Assembly (NCBI GenBank): GCA_012295275.1
Contig: CM022670.1
Location: forward strand, 35,774,001-35,838,000
Source: Chrysomallon squamiferum
Lineage: Eukaryota; Animalia; Mollusca
Length of the DNA: 64,000 nucleotides
Direction of reading: 5' to 3'
How positions within the stretch are numbered: position 1 is the first letter of the stretch; the number at the start of each line of letters is the position of its first letter. A model generated the notes under the pieces. The model saw nothing but the letters and a program-made list of their open reading frames with translations, searched no databases and was not told the DNA's origin. The translations under genes were made by a program, and so were the position numbers. Shown in pieces: positions 26,501-41,263 of this stretch.

Positions 26501-29500
26501 AGCAAACAGTGACAACCAGATAGTGATAACAAGTTAATACCTACACCTATATGAAAATGGTCTTCTTCTTAAAATAGATAGAAACTATAAAAATGTAAAG
26601 TCCATTCCATAAAAGATATATACGGACTTTAATTAGTTTCCAAATTTAATGTTTTCATTTATAAAATGTGCGTAAATTTTGTTAAAACAAACATTTTGAA
26701 ATTTTCGAAAAGTAAAATGCATGAAATTTTAGGTTTTTTTTTTTTTATTTATTTTATTTTTAATGGCAAGACACTGTTCACAGGAACCTTACCATTCTGT
26801 ACTGAATGTTAAGGAAAGTCAAAACTGATGTCTTTAAAGAATATCTTTCAAACAGTGACTGATCCATTCCTAATTCTGCAGCTTCAGAACACTGAATGAT
26901 GGGTCGGAGTTGTTTGTGATCTCCAATCAGCACAACCTGTTTTGCATCGGTCGCTATTATTGGAACCAGCGCCAATGGTTCTGGACACATTGCTGCTTCA
27001 TCAATGATGCACTGAAAGATCTTCGTATTTTTCACAACCTTTGGATTTCCTCCTACAGAACATGTACACAATATTACTTCACATGACCGTAACTCTTCAG
27101 CATAAGCCTTTCCCACTATTCTTGAATACAGTTCGATTATTGTCAGGTTCACTTTGTGAGGATTTCTAATTACTGTTTTTGATTCACTGAGCTTCGTGTT
27201 TAAAGTTTGATTAAACCTGTTAATTTTGGCTTCATCTTCACTTGTTTTTTTGGTTTCAACATTAGTGCAAACAGATCATCAAACATTCTGATATCCCTGG
27301 CATAACTTCCTCTCTCACGAATGATGTGATGAAGTGTGATATCTCTGAATTTCAGGATCAGATTTAAGATCATGCATTAATCGCCTGGAGATTAGGTTTC
27401 GGTTAGGAATGGGATAATCTTGTTCCACTATATTACTTCCATACATTCGTATCAGCTTAGGGCATTTATTTTTAAGACGTTCTTTCAAATATCCTAAAAA
27501 AAAAAAAAAAAAAAAAAATATTTATAAATATATATTCATTCTGAAAATGGATCTTCTGGGCAAATTGTTTTCAAATGTATTAAATCAAAAATGTGGATAT
27601 TATTGGTAGGGACCAAAAACGAATCATTAAAATTAATTTCCTACTCTTCCAAAAAAACACTTTTTGTTGTTTTTAGTTCTATTACTATATTTGAAAAATT
27701 AAATTAAAGTTTTTTTAATTAACTTTAATGAAAGTTTGCAAAGTTTTGAAAAAAACATTCTGTTTCATAATATATGATCGAGAGGTGTTAAAAAATCTTT
27801 TTGTTAAATTTTGGTTTTAAAAATAAATTATGATTTGATTACTGTATTACAGTTTTCTTTCTCAGAAATACGTTAATCCTGCTTACGTGCAACCATGTCA
27901 ACAGATTTGTTTGAAGGTCCACAGAAAAGAATTTGAGTCTTCTCTCCACCCTGAGCTCGGATTTTTTTATTGATTTCATTGAACAGATAAATCAGTTTAA
28001 TCCCTGTGTAAGTTTTGCCTGTTCCTAAAAAATATGTACAGTTAGAAATAGTTTTAAAATAATAACAATATATATTAATAATCATATTTTATATTTTAAG
28101 AAACATGTTTTTAGTAGTCTCTAAATACTGGATCATAACAGTATAACAATATATTGAATTAGATCAGTTTAATATGAATTTTGTTCCTAAAAATATTAAA
28201 AATAGTTTTAAAATAAATATGTCCATTTTTGGATATTTCTATTTGTGAAACATGGATTTAGTAGTCTCTAACAATGTTTGGAGGTTTTCAAGGTTTAACG
28301 TCTTAATTTACAATAATAAAAATCATACATTTATAATAATAAAATTCAAAAATAATAATAATAATTAAAAAGACACAAATTAATGGCTATATCTTTTTTC
28401 AGCTCTATGTGTATTGGTATCAAATAAATCAGCTCTCACTTTATAAACAATGAATACTATCCATATAAAATAAACCATCTAATTAAATCAGAACTGTTTA
28501 TTGTATCCGCTCTCAGACACAGAAGAATAACCCTTAATAGAATTTTAAAGCTAAAAACAAAACAGAAAACAAAAAAATAAAATAAAAAAATTTTAAAAAA
28601 AATAAATGAATGAAAAAAAAAAAAAAAAGAAAAAAATTCTTTAGGAATTTACCTGGAGGACCCTGTATGAGAGAAAAGCTCTTTTTCAAAGCATTTTCTA
28701 TAGCTTCATGTTGTTTTGAATTATTTTTAGGAAGTGAAATATCCTCGCCACCCTTAACTTCCTTATCCATTTGTCGTGCTATCTCCAGACGACTTTCAGC
28801 TACACACAAAAATTAAAAATTAATTAAATAAAATAAAACTAAATAATATTAATTTAAAATTTCACTAATTTAAAATATATGGTTTTAGCGTTTTTCTTAA
28901 AATTATGAATTGTCTGTTTGTTAAAATTTATTGGGTCTTTTTTTTTTTTTTCTTTTTCTTTTAATCTATTTTTTCAATGTATCTGAAGATTTCTTTCAGT
29001 TTAAGCCTTCCCAACAAAAACTTAAATTATTTTTGTTGTTGTTCAGAAAGACAGTCACTGAAATGAAAAAACAAAACCATTATCGATCATTTAATAAAAA
29101 CATATTTGAATTGATTTTATACCATTAATTTAAATTTAATTTAAAATGAAGTCTCTTTAGAATGTTAAATTTTTAATATTAAAAACAAAAATTCTTTATC
29201 TTTTGAATTTATAGGTTAACATATTCAGATCAAAAACATGTGAAAAGAAATCTCTGGAATGCTTTATTTTCAGGATTTACCTCATGTTATCAGCCAAAAA
29301 TTACTACTATTTGACGCCAAAAATAAATTATTTAATGTGTAAAAATTCGGGTACAGGAGGTACATTTTATTGTTAATGTTGCCAAAAAGGAAATCAACAG
29401 TTTAATAATTAAAAACTCACGTAGAGGAGGTGTGTTTCTATTCAGTACTATAGCTCTGACCAACTTCCCCTTTTCTTCTGAATCATCTGCTTTTTTAAGA

Positions 29501-29708
29501 CTAGCAATAGCATGTTGTGTTCGTCTGTACCAATATATATAATCAGAATAAGAAGAAGATTTCTTTATTTTAATCAGATATTTGATATTTTAAAAATCAA
29601 ATTAATCCATTTTCTTTCATTAATTCAGACGACAACTAATGCAGTAAAAAATGTTCGTCTTTTCAGACAGACGTGCATTTAAATTTACTATTTTTAAATT
29701 CATGGTTC

Positions 29709-29746
<38 letters not shown>

Positions 29747-32700
29747 ATGCTTTAAAAATTTATTTCACAATTTAATCAAAATAATGTTATTACTGTCAAC
29801 TATATTTGTTTTATAAAATATATTTTGTACATTGGCCTAAATATTCTGGAAAACTCTTAGAAATAGAACATCTTACAAATATATTAATCTTTAATTTATT
29901 TGTTAATTTATAGTTATACATTATGCTGTCATAAACTGTAAAAATGCCCTGTGTGCTAGCATGAATGACGAGGATTAAGTTACTAAACTGTAGGTAATTT
30001 TTCACCTGTCTACTTCTATTTTGCAGATTATCTCCACTGTTCCTGTAATTCGACTCATCAGCATGAGATCAGCAGGTGGTGGAAGACTCTTATTATTCAA
30101 AACAAAAAATACAGTCACTTGGTCATTATCAATATCGATTGGTATTTTCTTATTTATGTTCTCTGGTCTTTTTTTAATCACTGCCTTGACAATCTGACCA
30201 TGACCAATCCAAGTCCTACCATTTTCCACACTCCTGCCTACTCTGTCAGATGATCCAGGCAAAAAACATCGAATGCACAGATAGTCATTAGATGCATGTG
30301 GTATCTGAAAGTCATTACCAAGTTCCTCAATAGTTTCCATTTGTGGAAGACGTTCCATGGGTAAACCTCGAAACTCAATGTTTCTTTCATAACAAAATGA
30401 CACACGAAGCTGAAATGATCCTGTGTAAATAGTTTTTCCTGAAACCTCTGTTTTCGTAAGTGTCAGATCAATTTTGTTAATAATAGGTGTTAGTTCACTA
30501 GAAACAGCTGCCGAAGCTGCCTCCATTTCAATAATAGGTATCCATGCTTTTTTGTACTCCTCAATGGAGTAAAAAGGTTTTTTTACAGAGCTGGTGGCAT
30601 ATTTGCTCAAAATGCCTACAGGATCATCCATGTGTCTATGACAAAGACTCAGATTTTTGGTGATATGGACCAGTTCGACCTGGGGTAACAAAAGGCCATT
30701 GTGAGGTGATGCTCCCAACTGGACTTTGATAACTTGACCTGATTTAATGCTCAAGCTAAACTTACACTGATGGTTCTTGATGTAGCCTTGACCAGTTTCC
30801 GATGTCACTGATGTAACCACCTGATGATTGGAAAGAGGATCGGTTTCTCCTGTTGGCTGAAGTGGTCTTGTCATTCTCTGTACAGCAGTTTCATTTCCAG
30901 CAAAGATTTCCTTCAAGATATTTGCCCATGTGTGAAAACGAACAAGGACTGTGTGCTGATTTGGATCCACTATCTTAAGTTCTGATTGCTGGCTGTGGTT
31001 TCCATTAAATATAGCTTGATCTGGACAACCAGTGACATCATACAAACGTTTTTTCCACTGACATATTACAATGTCTTTGTCAGTTCTTGTGTCCTTTTTC
31101 ATTTCGGGCTTTTTGCTTAAATCAAGCAGAGAAAATCTAATCTCCCTGCATTTTGATGGTACATAATGCAGTCCTGGCAAAGACAATTCCACACCATTCT
31201 CTGAAACTTCATCCACGATACCCAGAAAAACCATTTGAGTTTTACCCATTCTCTCAGTTTTTGTCAGTGCTTTACAACTGTGATCAAACTGTTTCTGCCG
31301 TGATGATGCTTCAGTGACATGAATACACATTTCATTTATGTCTTCAACAGTATATGGACAATCATCACCAGATAATAGTGCATGGACCATCCGATGAGAT
31401 ATGAGATCCACATACCTCCGCATAGGAGATGTGAAGTGAATGTATGGCTGAATGTCAAGAGAAAAATGTCCTGCCTCTTCTTTGTTTTTTGTTACACCAG
31501 AACACCTATATTCAGCTTTGTCAAGAAGTCTTATCCAGTGAATCCATGCTAGGTTCTGCAGAGGATGGAGTTCATCAGTACAGATCACCTTTTGTGCCAA
31601 CTTAAAACTGTTGTTTTGTAAGCAGTCCAGAATTAATTCCCAAATATCACTCTGAACAGGTATGAAATCTCTTCTTTCCTTGGCATATTTTTTTAAGCTA
31701 TCTGGTGCTGAAATTGTGTTGTATCCAAGCTTCTTACCTTGGAGATGAACCAAAAGATCAACAATTTTATTTTCATGTTTCATCCAGTTTTGTAACTCTT
31801 GGGTTGGTGGGGGTGTCTGACATCGCAATGGCAAACACTTAGGAAATCTTTTTGCCAAAATTTTTGCAACAGACGTGTTTGTATAAATCATGAACTCTTC
31901 AACCAATGCATGAGCTTCAGGACAATCACTTTGGTCTTCCACGTCAAAAAAACGAGGATCAGAAAATGGCACAGTAAACCTTGCATCTTTCAGCCTTTGT
32001 TTCCGAATGTTTTGTGCAAGATCATGTAGAATCAATATGGCTTCTCTTAGCTGTTGATCTTCAGGACTGCTCACTCCATTTTCAATTATTTCTTGAACTT
32101 CTTCATAAGAAAACTTCCTACAGGATTTAATTATAGTTTTTTTCACAATAGGTACTTTTACCATTTTGCCCTGCTGATCCAACAAAAGAACGTTGACACA
32201 GCAGGACGTATTTCTCCTGGTACAAGACTGCATATATCTTGACTGAGAGGTTCTGGCAGCATGTTTCGAGTGCGTCTGTTCTGAATGTAAAAACTTACAG
32301 CTCTTCTTCTTGCTTCTTTATCAATGGCATCGTCTTTTTTGACAACTGAGGCAACGTCAGCTATGTGAACACCCACAATGTAATTATTTCCATTTCTGAC
32401 AACACTAAGAGCATCGTCAAGATCCTTGGAATGTGAAGGATCAATGGTGAACACAAGATCTTTTGTTCTGTCTTCTCTTCCATTAACATCAGCAGTGTTC
32501 TCTGTTGTCTGCATTTTTGCAATAACATCTTCTGGAAATAAGGATGGAACTTTGTATTGCATTTCTAAAATCCTCAGACCGCTGTTGAAATCTTTACCAC
32601 ACTGTAAGACATCCAGCACTGCACCAAGAGGATAGACATGTTTGTTGCCCCAGCCAAGATATACAACAAGAAACACATATTGGCCTCGAAGTGCAGGATT

Positions 32701-35700
32701 AATATTAAATTTTCCTTTATACTTTAATTTTGTACCATCAAGTTTGTAAATGTCAATTCTGTATTTCACCAGATTTGGGAACTTTGTTCTAGTAACAGTA
32801 TTAACAACATGAATTTTAGGAATGCTTTGACACAAAGGCTTCATTAACCAACCTTCAACTTCATTGCTGGTACATGCAAGAATAGGATGTTGACTATTCT
32901 TGAGAAAATGACTGTTCAGAACTCCTACAACTTCACCATATGAACTGGAATCCATTTTATTTCTGTCTTTTGTTTTATCCTTTGGATCGAAGAGAATTTC
33001 CACAACCACTTCATCGTTATTGAAACACTGACCACACTTTGATCTCCCAGCAATTTCTATTCGGTTTTCAGTACCAGCGGAGTCCAATATTTTGCAGACA
33101 GCTTTTTGTGCTGACTCCATCTCAATCCTGCATCTCTTGTATTTGTCAGGTTCTTTTTTCAGAAGTTGCTGAAGCTTTTCTTCTGGAATGAAGTTTTTGT
33201 AAAACTGTCTTCTCTTCCGGTCTTGATTGCGATTTTTCAAAAACATTTCCACATCTTTTTCTTCAAGATTCAAACCTGATACAGTACAAAATCGTGGATT
33301 ATTTTCTATGTCAGTGTTGTTGGCGGAAATTTCCTTGCTTTGTTCAAACCAGGTTTTTTCTGAATTATCAATTTCATTCTGAGCTTCGATGTTATCATCA
33401 GAATCTGAGTCATCTAGAAAAGTGCTGTCAGGTTCATTCTCAAATTTGTCTTCATCTTCAGAAGAGGAGCTCCAGTCCTGGTGACTTAACATCCTGTCAA
33501 TGTCATCTTCATCAAAGCTAGATTCCCTGGACAATTCATCTTTAGGCAAAGATTCAGCTGTAGTTGTTTCAGATGCACTGCTTAACTCAGAATTGTGTTT
33601 GATACGTTCAGATGTCCATGTTTTGATATCAGCTATTTCTTTCACGCTGTCTTTAACATTGATACATGAAGTGGAAGATGAAGAAATGTAAATGGAATCA
33701 GTTTGTTTTATTTTCGCTGAAAAATGAGGACATATTTTAAATTATATTAATCTATGAACGTTTTGAAATATACTTTCAAAAAACAAAAATTTTTTAAAGA
33801 ATATTTTCGGACTTCATTTTCAAATTTTAAACTAAAATGATCGTTTTTTCTGGGAATTTCAAAAAAAACATTTTTCGGACATAAAAAATTATTTGATTTT
33901 TTTAAAATTAAAATCTAAAAACAATAAAAAAAAAAACAATAGAATGTATTCCAGTAACAAAACACATTTTTTTTTTTAATTCAATTGTTTTTTTTTTTTA
34001 TTTCATTTTTTTTTTTTTCTGCATTATCTTTATCAGTGTTTTGATGAAAACACCTACGTCGTGGTCGTTTTTTTCTTGGAATATGAGATTCCTTAACAGC
34101 TTTTGCTATTCTCTGTTCAATCTGAAATATTAAACAAAAGATTATTTATGTTTTTGAATATGTATTTATTATTTCAGTCAAGTAATCTTGGTGCAATAGT
34201 CTTCCAAAATTTAAAAGAAATTAAATCTTAATAAACTACATATTGTAATTTTCATTTTTTTTTTAAAACATAAAACCATCAGCAGTCGAAATTAGGTGCA
34301 ATACATTTACACTGTACAAGCTCATGCTGTAAATTCACATAGGAACACAGAACAGAAACAAATTACTTCCAAGAAGTTGTATTAGTTTTAAAAATAAACA
34401 AAATTTATCTGCAGGTGTAGTGCTTTACCTCTACAGTATGTGCATGTGTTCCTTCCAACCATGTTTCATCCAGCTCTCTAGTTTGTGGATGTGTTACTTC
34501 ATCCACTTTCTTATAAAGCTCATTGAGATAGGACTCAGCCTTCTCTTTCTCTTCCCCTTCCTTTATTTTAAAAAAAAAAAAAAAATTATAATAACGGATG
34601 AACCACAAAATATTGACTACTGGGAATAAAGTATATTTTTCAAGTGTAAATGACAAATGATTGAGAAAATAATTTGGAAAAAATACAAAAAGAAAATTAT
34701 TTCAAATCTTTAACATAAAATAACAAAATAAATACTACCATATGAAGTATAACTAAAAGGATTCATTTACAATCATCAAAAAGAAGTCACAAAGAATATT
34801 AAGAGTCCAGTATGAAGAATAGTATGTAATCAGCTCTCATTGTTTATCTGATAAAGAAGTGAATTCTTAATATAACATTTCTCCTCTTAGCATGTAAAAA
34901 TTATACAAAACCAAAAGTACATATTCTGAATAAAGTAAATGATAAAGACTAAACATACAGAATCCAGCTTTATTCTGTGTACATTTTAGTGACAGATCAA
35001 AATTAAAATATATTAAATTTTACCTTAGCATACTTTACAGCATCTTCTGCTTTTTTAATAGCAGCAGGAATTTGTTCCTTCACTGCCAGAGCTTTTGCCC
35101 AGATTGAAAAGCCTTCACTGTTTTCGTAGTTATAAATTTTCTCTTCAGCTGTAAAACAGTTACTTGTTTACACAATTATTGCTTTCAGTAAACATTGCTA
35201 AGTATAAAATTATTTTCTTTTTCCTTTTGTTTTATACAATGATCAAACTGCATGCTTTTTAAAATTATAATCGTATGTGTATGTGTGTATGTGTTTCTGA
35301 ATTTGTCTGTATATACATACACATACACACATATACATAAATACATACATATATATATGCATGTGTATGTGTGTGTATGTGTGTGTTTGTGTGTTCATGT
35401 GTGTGTTTTATGAGAATGAGTTTGAGTGGTTCTATTTATGTATGAAAACCTGTTTTACTAATCTGTGGCAAAAACATTTCAGACTGCACTAATAACAACG
35501 AAATTACATTAGTAATTAAAGTATTTCTTTCTTACCAATTCCGCAGTGATACATTGCAAGATCCAGAGCATTCTGAAACATTTATATAATAATATAAAAA
35601 TGGCATCACAGAACATAATATTACAGTTTAAATTACTCTTTTGATGAATACAGATTTTATAGAATTCTGCTGTAAATTATTAACATGAGTGAGATTAAGC

Positions 35701-36013
35701 TCTTCTATTATAAATATCAAACCACTTTGATTTGCAAGAAAAAGTTTTGAGATCATTTTATTTCATATTTTTAAATTTTAAATATTACATATAATATAGA
35801 AGTCATATATATTATTATTCACAGATACAGAAGCCCACAGGGCTAGGATGGCAAACTATAATACTGGCATTACACATGGTTAGAGGCTTGCACAACTCTC
35901 ATTGAGTGAATAATCAAATACAATTAAAATAATTTTCACATCTAAGGTTGCTGGTTAAATGATATTGCACCTCTATGTAAATATTTAAAGAGTTATAAGC
36001 AAGTAAGTAATTA

Positions 36014-36047
<34 letters not shown>

Positions 36048-38096
36048 TTATAACGAAATCCAAAAACTTTATTTTGAGTGCTGATGTAATGTCATGTTTA
36101 TTGATTCACACTCTTTTAGATACGATAAATGCGATAATATATCATAAGCAAATCCTGTTCTTGTTTTGGTGGGTTTTGTTGTTGGTTTTAGACACTGTTT
36201 GAGAGGGTTTTGTGCTACAAATTAATAAAAATAATACCTTTCTAACAATACATTTATTCAAATAAAGAAATAACGTATATTTTAAAGACTTACTCCATTT
36301 AATGCACTTCTTGCTTGAAGAAGTTGAAGTTCTCCAATCAGATGCCAGTTCATATTTATATCAATAGAAAACAGTGAACAAGCACGAATCAGATCTGTAC
36401 AACAGATGAAACAAAATGCTGGCTTTTCTTCAATCATTTTCTTTGCTTGTGAAATTAAGCTTCTAATCAAAGGTAATATCTGAAAAACAAGTAAAAACTA
36501 AATGTCATTCCAGTAAGTCTTCATCTTCGAAAAGCGTTAAAAGTATTAATACATATCATGGACAAATTATTTCAATGAAGCCACTGTTTTTGTACACATT
36601 TGTTGAGCTTAAAAACAACTATTTTAACCAAAGGGCACTGGCAGACCTACATTGTATTGTCTAACCTGAATTAGAATCTAACTAATTATCATTTTATCTT
36701 AAACAACAAATAATTTGTGTACAGTTACATTTTTCACTTCTTTACACTTTAATTCAGTAAACATTTAAACTAAATATTTTATCTTCAGAAAAGATGTTAT
36801 TAAACGATGACATGTCTGATAATCATCCTTGATTCTGCAAATAATAAATATGATATTAAAAATATGTATATTAAATAGGCTACATTTTTCACAGTCACTT
36901 CAGTTATTAATTTAGAGTTTTTTATTTACAAGTTCCAAGTCTTTTAAAGTTAGATTTAATAGTGTTAGTGTTTTTAAAAGTCAGATTTCACAGTGTTAGA
37001 ATACTACTTATCTTATATAATAATAATAAATGCTGCAAGATACTGTAATAAATACTACAAGATGTTCGATGGTATATTAATCACAAAAGCCTAACTCCAG
37101 TCAATCAAAACCATTTTAAACACACACATAATTTTTATTTAAAAAGTAAGAAGTGAACCACAAAAGACAAATTTAAAAAAATTATATGCACACGTTCAGT
37201 GTCTAATGTTTCTACAATAGTAACCTTGTCATTTATTATTATCAAGAATATTTAATAAATTATTTGTGGATTTTATTATTAAATTATTTCAGCTAGATAT
37301 GTTAACTTATTATTTTACCATGTTCCAGTCCTGGTTTTGTCTGTATAATTCTAAAAAGAGAAACTCTGTCAACATTTGACATGACATGTTGTATCGTGGA
37401 ACAACTGTGTTGTTTTGTAGTGAGAAGAAGGTTGCCATTTGTAAAAGTGACATTGCTGAAAATAAAAACAGGTATGACGAACTAATCCTGAAACATATAT
37501 ATCTTTCTCTATCAAAAACGAGTTACAACATAAATTAGTATTTTTAATTTCGGTTTCTTTGTCACATTTAATTGTCAAAAACATGCAAAGGAAATTTTAG
37601 TTGAAAATTCTGTGTAAACTTGTCTACACTTAACATTTTTAACCTTTTTCATTATTAAGGAAATGCATTATGAAAAGTCTGATAAATAACCAAATGACAG
37701 ATGATATCTGTATACTCAGAGAAAACTAGACAAACAAATTAAAAAACAAAAACATAGAAAACATCCCAAACAAAGATATATTTTCTATTTCTCTGAATTA
37801 ATAGCTGACATAAAAAGAATTTGAACCAAATAAATATGCAAGGACTGTAAGAATCATTTGGATGGCTTCAGAAAATGAAATTAAAGTACTGTTCATACAA
37901 ACCTTTGTACACCAAAGTTAGTGCTGATCCAATATGGTTTGCATTCTTTGAAAACAAAACAAAAAAATAATAATAATAATTTCATAAATCTATGCAAACA
38001 TATATATGCAGTTAATGAATAGATTATTTCAACTCATCTCAGATTCATGCATATTTAAGAGATGATTTCAATCTGCTGTCAGAATATACAGTTTAC

Positions 38097-38132
<36 letters not shown>

Positions 38133-40282
38133 ATATATATATATATATATATATATATTCTTTTTAAGTGTGTCTTTGGTAGTATGAACAAATAAATATG
38201 GATATATATGGAGACTATCAAAGGATTTCTTATTTTGATTTCCTTATTACTTTATTATTATACTTAATCATTAGTAACGACTAGGATCAGATTCAAATTT
38301 AAAAATAATATATTTTAAGCCATTTATATACACAATACAAGGAACACTTAATGTTAATATTAATGGATGATTTCAATTTATCTTAGGCATTTTGATATTT
38401 AGCTGTTTATAAAATAAATTTAAATATCTCACCTCTTGAACAAATTTACAGATAGTTTCATTCAAATGTACAATGAAAAGTTGCTCAGTTTTCCTGAAAT
38501 TACTGTCAGAAAACTGAGGTAACTTTTTACTGTGGTTCCAAAATCATTTAGAACAGCTTCATCAAACTCATCAAGTCTGATTTTCTCTAATGCATATTCA
38601 AGAATGTCTCTCAGAGGTTCAATTGTAACGTCCACCTGATTGAAAATCATTATGATTAATGAACAAATGAATGAATGAATGAGTGTGAATGAAACATCAT
38701 AACATATTTTAATGCTAACACTTGTTATATTTTAAAAATAATTTATGCAAGGCAGGATTAAGAATTAGAGTGGGACCTGTAGCTTATTTTATTAACATTT
38801 CTGATTAAACAAACACCCACACACACCAATAAGTCTATCATTTCCATAATAGTATTACTTATACAAACAAATGCACAGACATGCAGGCATCAGTTTCAGA
38901 TGTCAAAAGTAATAAAACTACGGTTTACATTTTCTAGATAAAATACAAATTTTATAACTTTTTATAATTGTATTTGTTTTATTTTCATTGTAATTTTCAT
39001 AAAAAATCAAATATACTAACCTGCTTTGAAACTGTTTTATCCTTGAATGAATGCATCGCTGAAAATGTATAAATCACTTTTCTCATTAGTTTAATCATTA
39101 ATATTATAAAGGGAGACTATTGACATTTTATTATCATGGCTGTTAATTTTATAATTCTTTAAAAAAAAAAAAATTAAAAAAAAAATAACAATAATAATAA
39201 GAAGAATCATTTAAGGTGTAATATTTTAAACATTGAAAAGAAAAATGTATTAGTTTATTTTTAATTACTTAATTTCTGCAAGTCAGTATCATTTGCAGAA
39301 AACAAACATGCTACAAGAAATGTTTGTCACTGTCATGGTAATAACAATAAATAGTTATAATATTACTGTTATTACTGACTACTGGTATCTTTAAATATTA
39401 ATTAGTGTGTACCAGACCAGTTATCCTGAAAATTATCTAGATTTCTGGATTTTCAAGTTTGCTGGACAAAGGTTTAATGTATATATATATATATATATAC
39501 AATGTAAGATAAACAATAAAAAGGAAAGAATCAATTAGCATTTAAAGGATGCAAATTAATACACTTCTAAAGTTAGTTTTCTCAAAATAGTCTGATACTT
39601 GTACATAAAGCAATCTGATTTTACTTCAATCAAATACAAATTAGTATCATAATCTCAAAATGATTTTCAAAAATAAAAATAAATAGGCCTATCAAAGAAC
39701 AATCAAAATGTCTAGATGAACTTTCTTGCTTCCATACTTGTAAATTTAATAAGAATAAAATGGAAACATTGATAAAGTTGCATAATGATTATAATTAGAG
39801 TGTTTTCATTTTGACAATTAAAAAAGTGTTTTATTAATCAATTTAAAGAAATTAAATCTTCAAAGATGTTTCAAATTTTCCTAAATTTCTGAGTTAATAA
39901 TATATATAACTGTTTTGACCTGAGTATTGAAAAAATATTGTAAACCAAGCAAATACTGAAGTTCTTTTAAAAACTAATAATTATAACATTTCTCCTTTTG
40001 ATAACATAATCTTGCAACCTGTTGCCATATTCAGATTACCAGTTAACAGTTAACATATATATATAATGCTGACAAATTATAAATACATAATAATAAATTT
40101 TAAATAAATTTTTAGTTAGCCCTAATTGTAAAAATCAAACTGATTCTATATTCACAAATTTCTTTAACAAACTGTATTTATTATTTATGATATTTTAAAT
40201 TTTACTATTATTTATTTATTTATTTGATTTAATTTATTTTATGTAGTGATAAATAATAAATAAATTATTTAAAGTTACCCAT
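23521..40282 (-). CDS. HELZ2: HELZ2-like TPR/helical-RNB-SF1B helicase gene, copy 2 (complete exon set; four 1-bp indels)
   Basis: Exons: 40279-40282 (ATG G|gtaac), 39021-39058, 38433-38635, 37903-37945, 37319-37455, 36294-36479, 35536-35572, 35024-35148, 34429-34560, 34058-34121, 30006-33716, 29421-29524, 28653-28799, 27887-28024, 26793-27493, 26206-26424, 25059-25248, 24298-24465, 23521-23684 (TAA). Motifs are intact (TIDPSHSKDLDDALS, HFTSPMRRY, GPPGTGKT, DEAA, GDHKQL, TRAR). Indels: A5>A4 at ~38510, A5>A4 at ~32185, +1 at ~27348, -1 in a T-run at ~27248. Confidence 0.88.
25774..26016. repeat. ~120-bp tandem duplication in intron 16 of copy 2
   Basis: attaacac..tgttt..tgctgaggtc..aacttatgtgctaattggt..gatttctaatcaca occurs twice back to back. 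Confidence 0.85.
30006..33716 (-). CDS. Copy 2 giant exon 11 with RNB domain (split into ORFs 32158-33645 and 30002-32233 by one missing A)
   Basis: The two ORFs concatenate to a near-identical match of the 1242-aa ORF of copy 3. Break at aacaaaagaac versus aacaaaaagaaa in copy 3. Confidence 0.9.
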
Positions 40283-40519
40283 TTTGGATTATATTTCCTC
40301 CTCCAGGCAGGCGAATTGTTCAGCTTAACGAAATGCTCGTCAATGCGTATTATTCCGTAATTTGTAAATTATTATTATAAACAAAAATCAAAGAAAGTAT
40401 TCAAAGTTGCCAGTAAGAGAGTAATAACTGTCAAAAAGTTGACGTAAGACTTTAAATTAGCAAATTACTGAATCAAATTCCAGGAAACGAACTCAGCCTA
40501 GTGTTTACCAGGAAGAATT

Positions 40520-40896
40520 GAAGGAATCGAAACTAGGTAAAACCTAGTTCTCATATCGATTTACTACACCTTATCATGACTAATAAATAACTACATACCA
40601 GTTTCATACAATCGGTTTGTTAACAGCGCAATGATTATTACTTACAGATGCATACAGAATAATATTATAGGTAATCAAGATATAGGTACGTGTCGTTATC
40701 TAAAATTATACACAGGCGAACGTGACCTGTTTATATGTGAATCTGTCAACTGAGAAGCGCGGCAAATTTTATATATTTAAATTTACAAATATTAAAGATT
40801 TTAAGTTTTGAGTTTTGAGTTTATTTATTTATTTGTTTATTATTATTAATATTGTTGTTGTTGTTGTTGCTGTTCAATGTTACATACATATCACAC

Positions 40897-40939
<43 letters not shown>

Positions 40940-41220
40940 TTCAACGATCTGAACTACAATAGAAAGACAAATGTAAAACAGGCCCATGGAAACAGTACTC
41001 TACTAAAATAATATTTATAATTAGAGCACTGTCACATACTTGGAACAGTTATTTCAAATATTTTAGAAAAAATATAAATTGAGGTATACCTTTAGAATTA
41101 TTTTCATATTACGTTCAGTCCAATATTTTTTTTTTTTTTTCCTTTAATTAAACAGTTAAAAAAATATATATATAACAATAATAAATAAATAAACATAAAA
41201 TAAAATAACTTAATTTCCGA

Positions 41221-41263
<43 letters not shown>

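Noticed and set aside
32158-32233. Programmed ribosomal frameshift joining the two RNB ORFs of copy 2
   Set aside because: Copy 3 is continuous at this site; the break is a single missing A in a homopolymer with no conserved slippery site.
31799-33691. Plus-strand ORFs recurring in each copy (31799, 32426, 33294, 54107, 54792, 55582, 7721, 7867)
   Set aside because: They are antisense shadows of the conserved minus-strand exon and recur only because the exon is duplicated.
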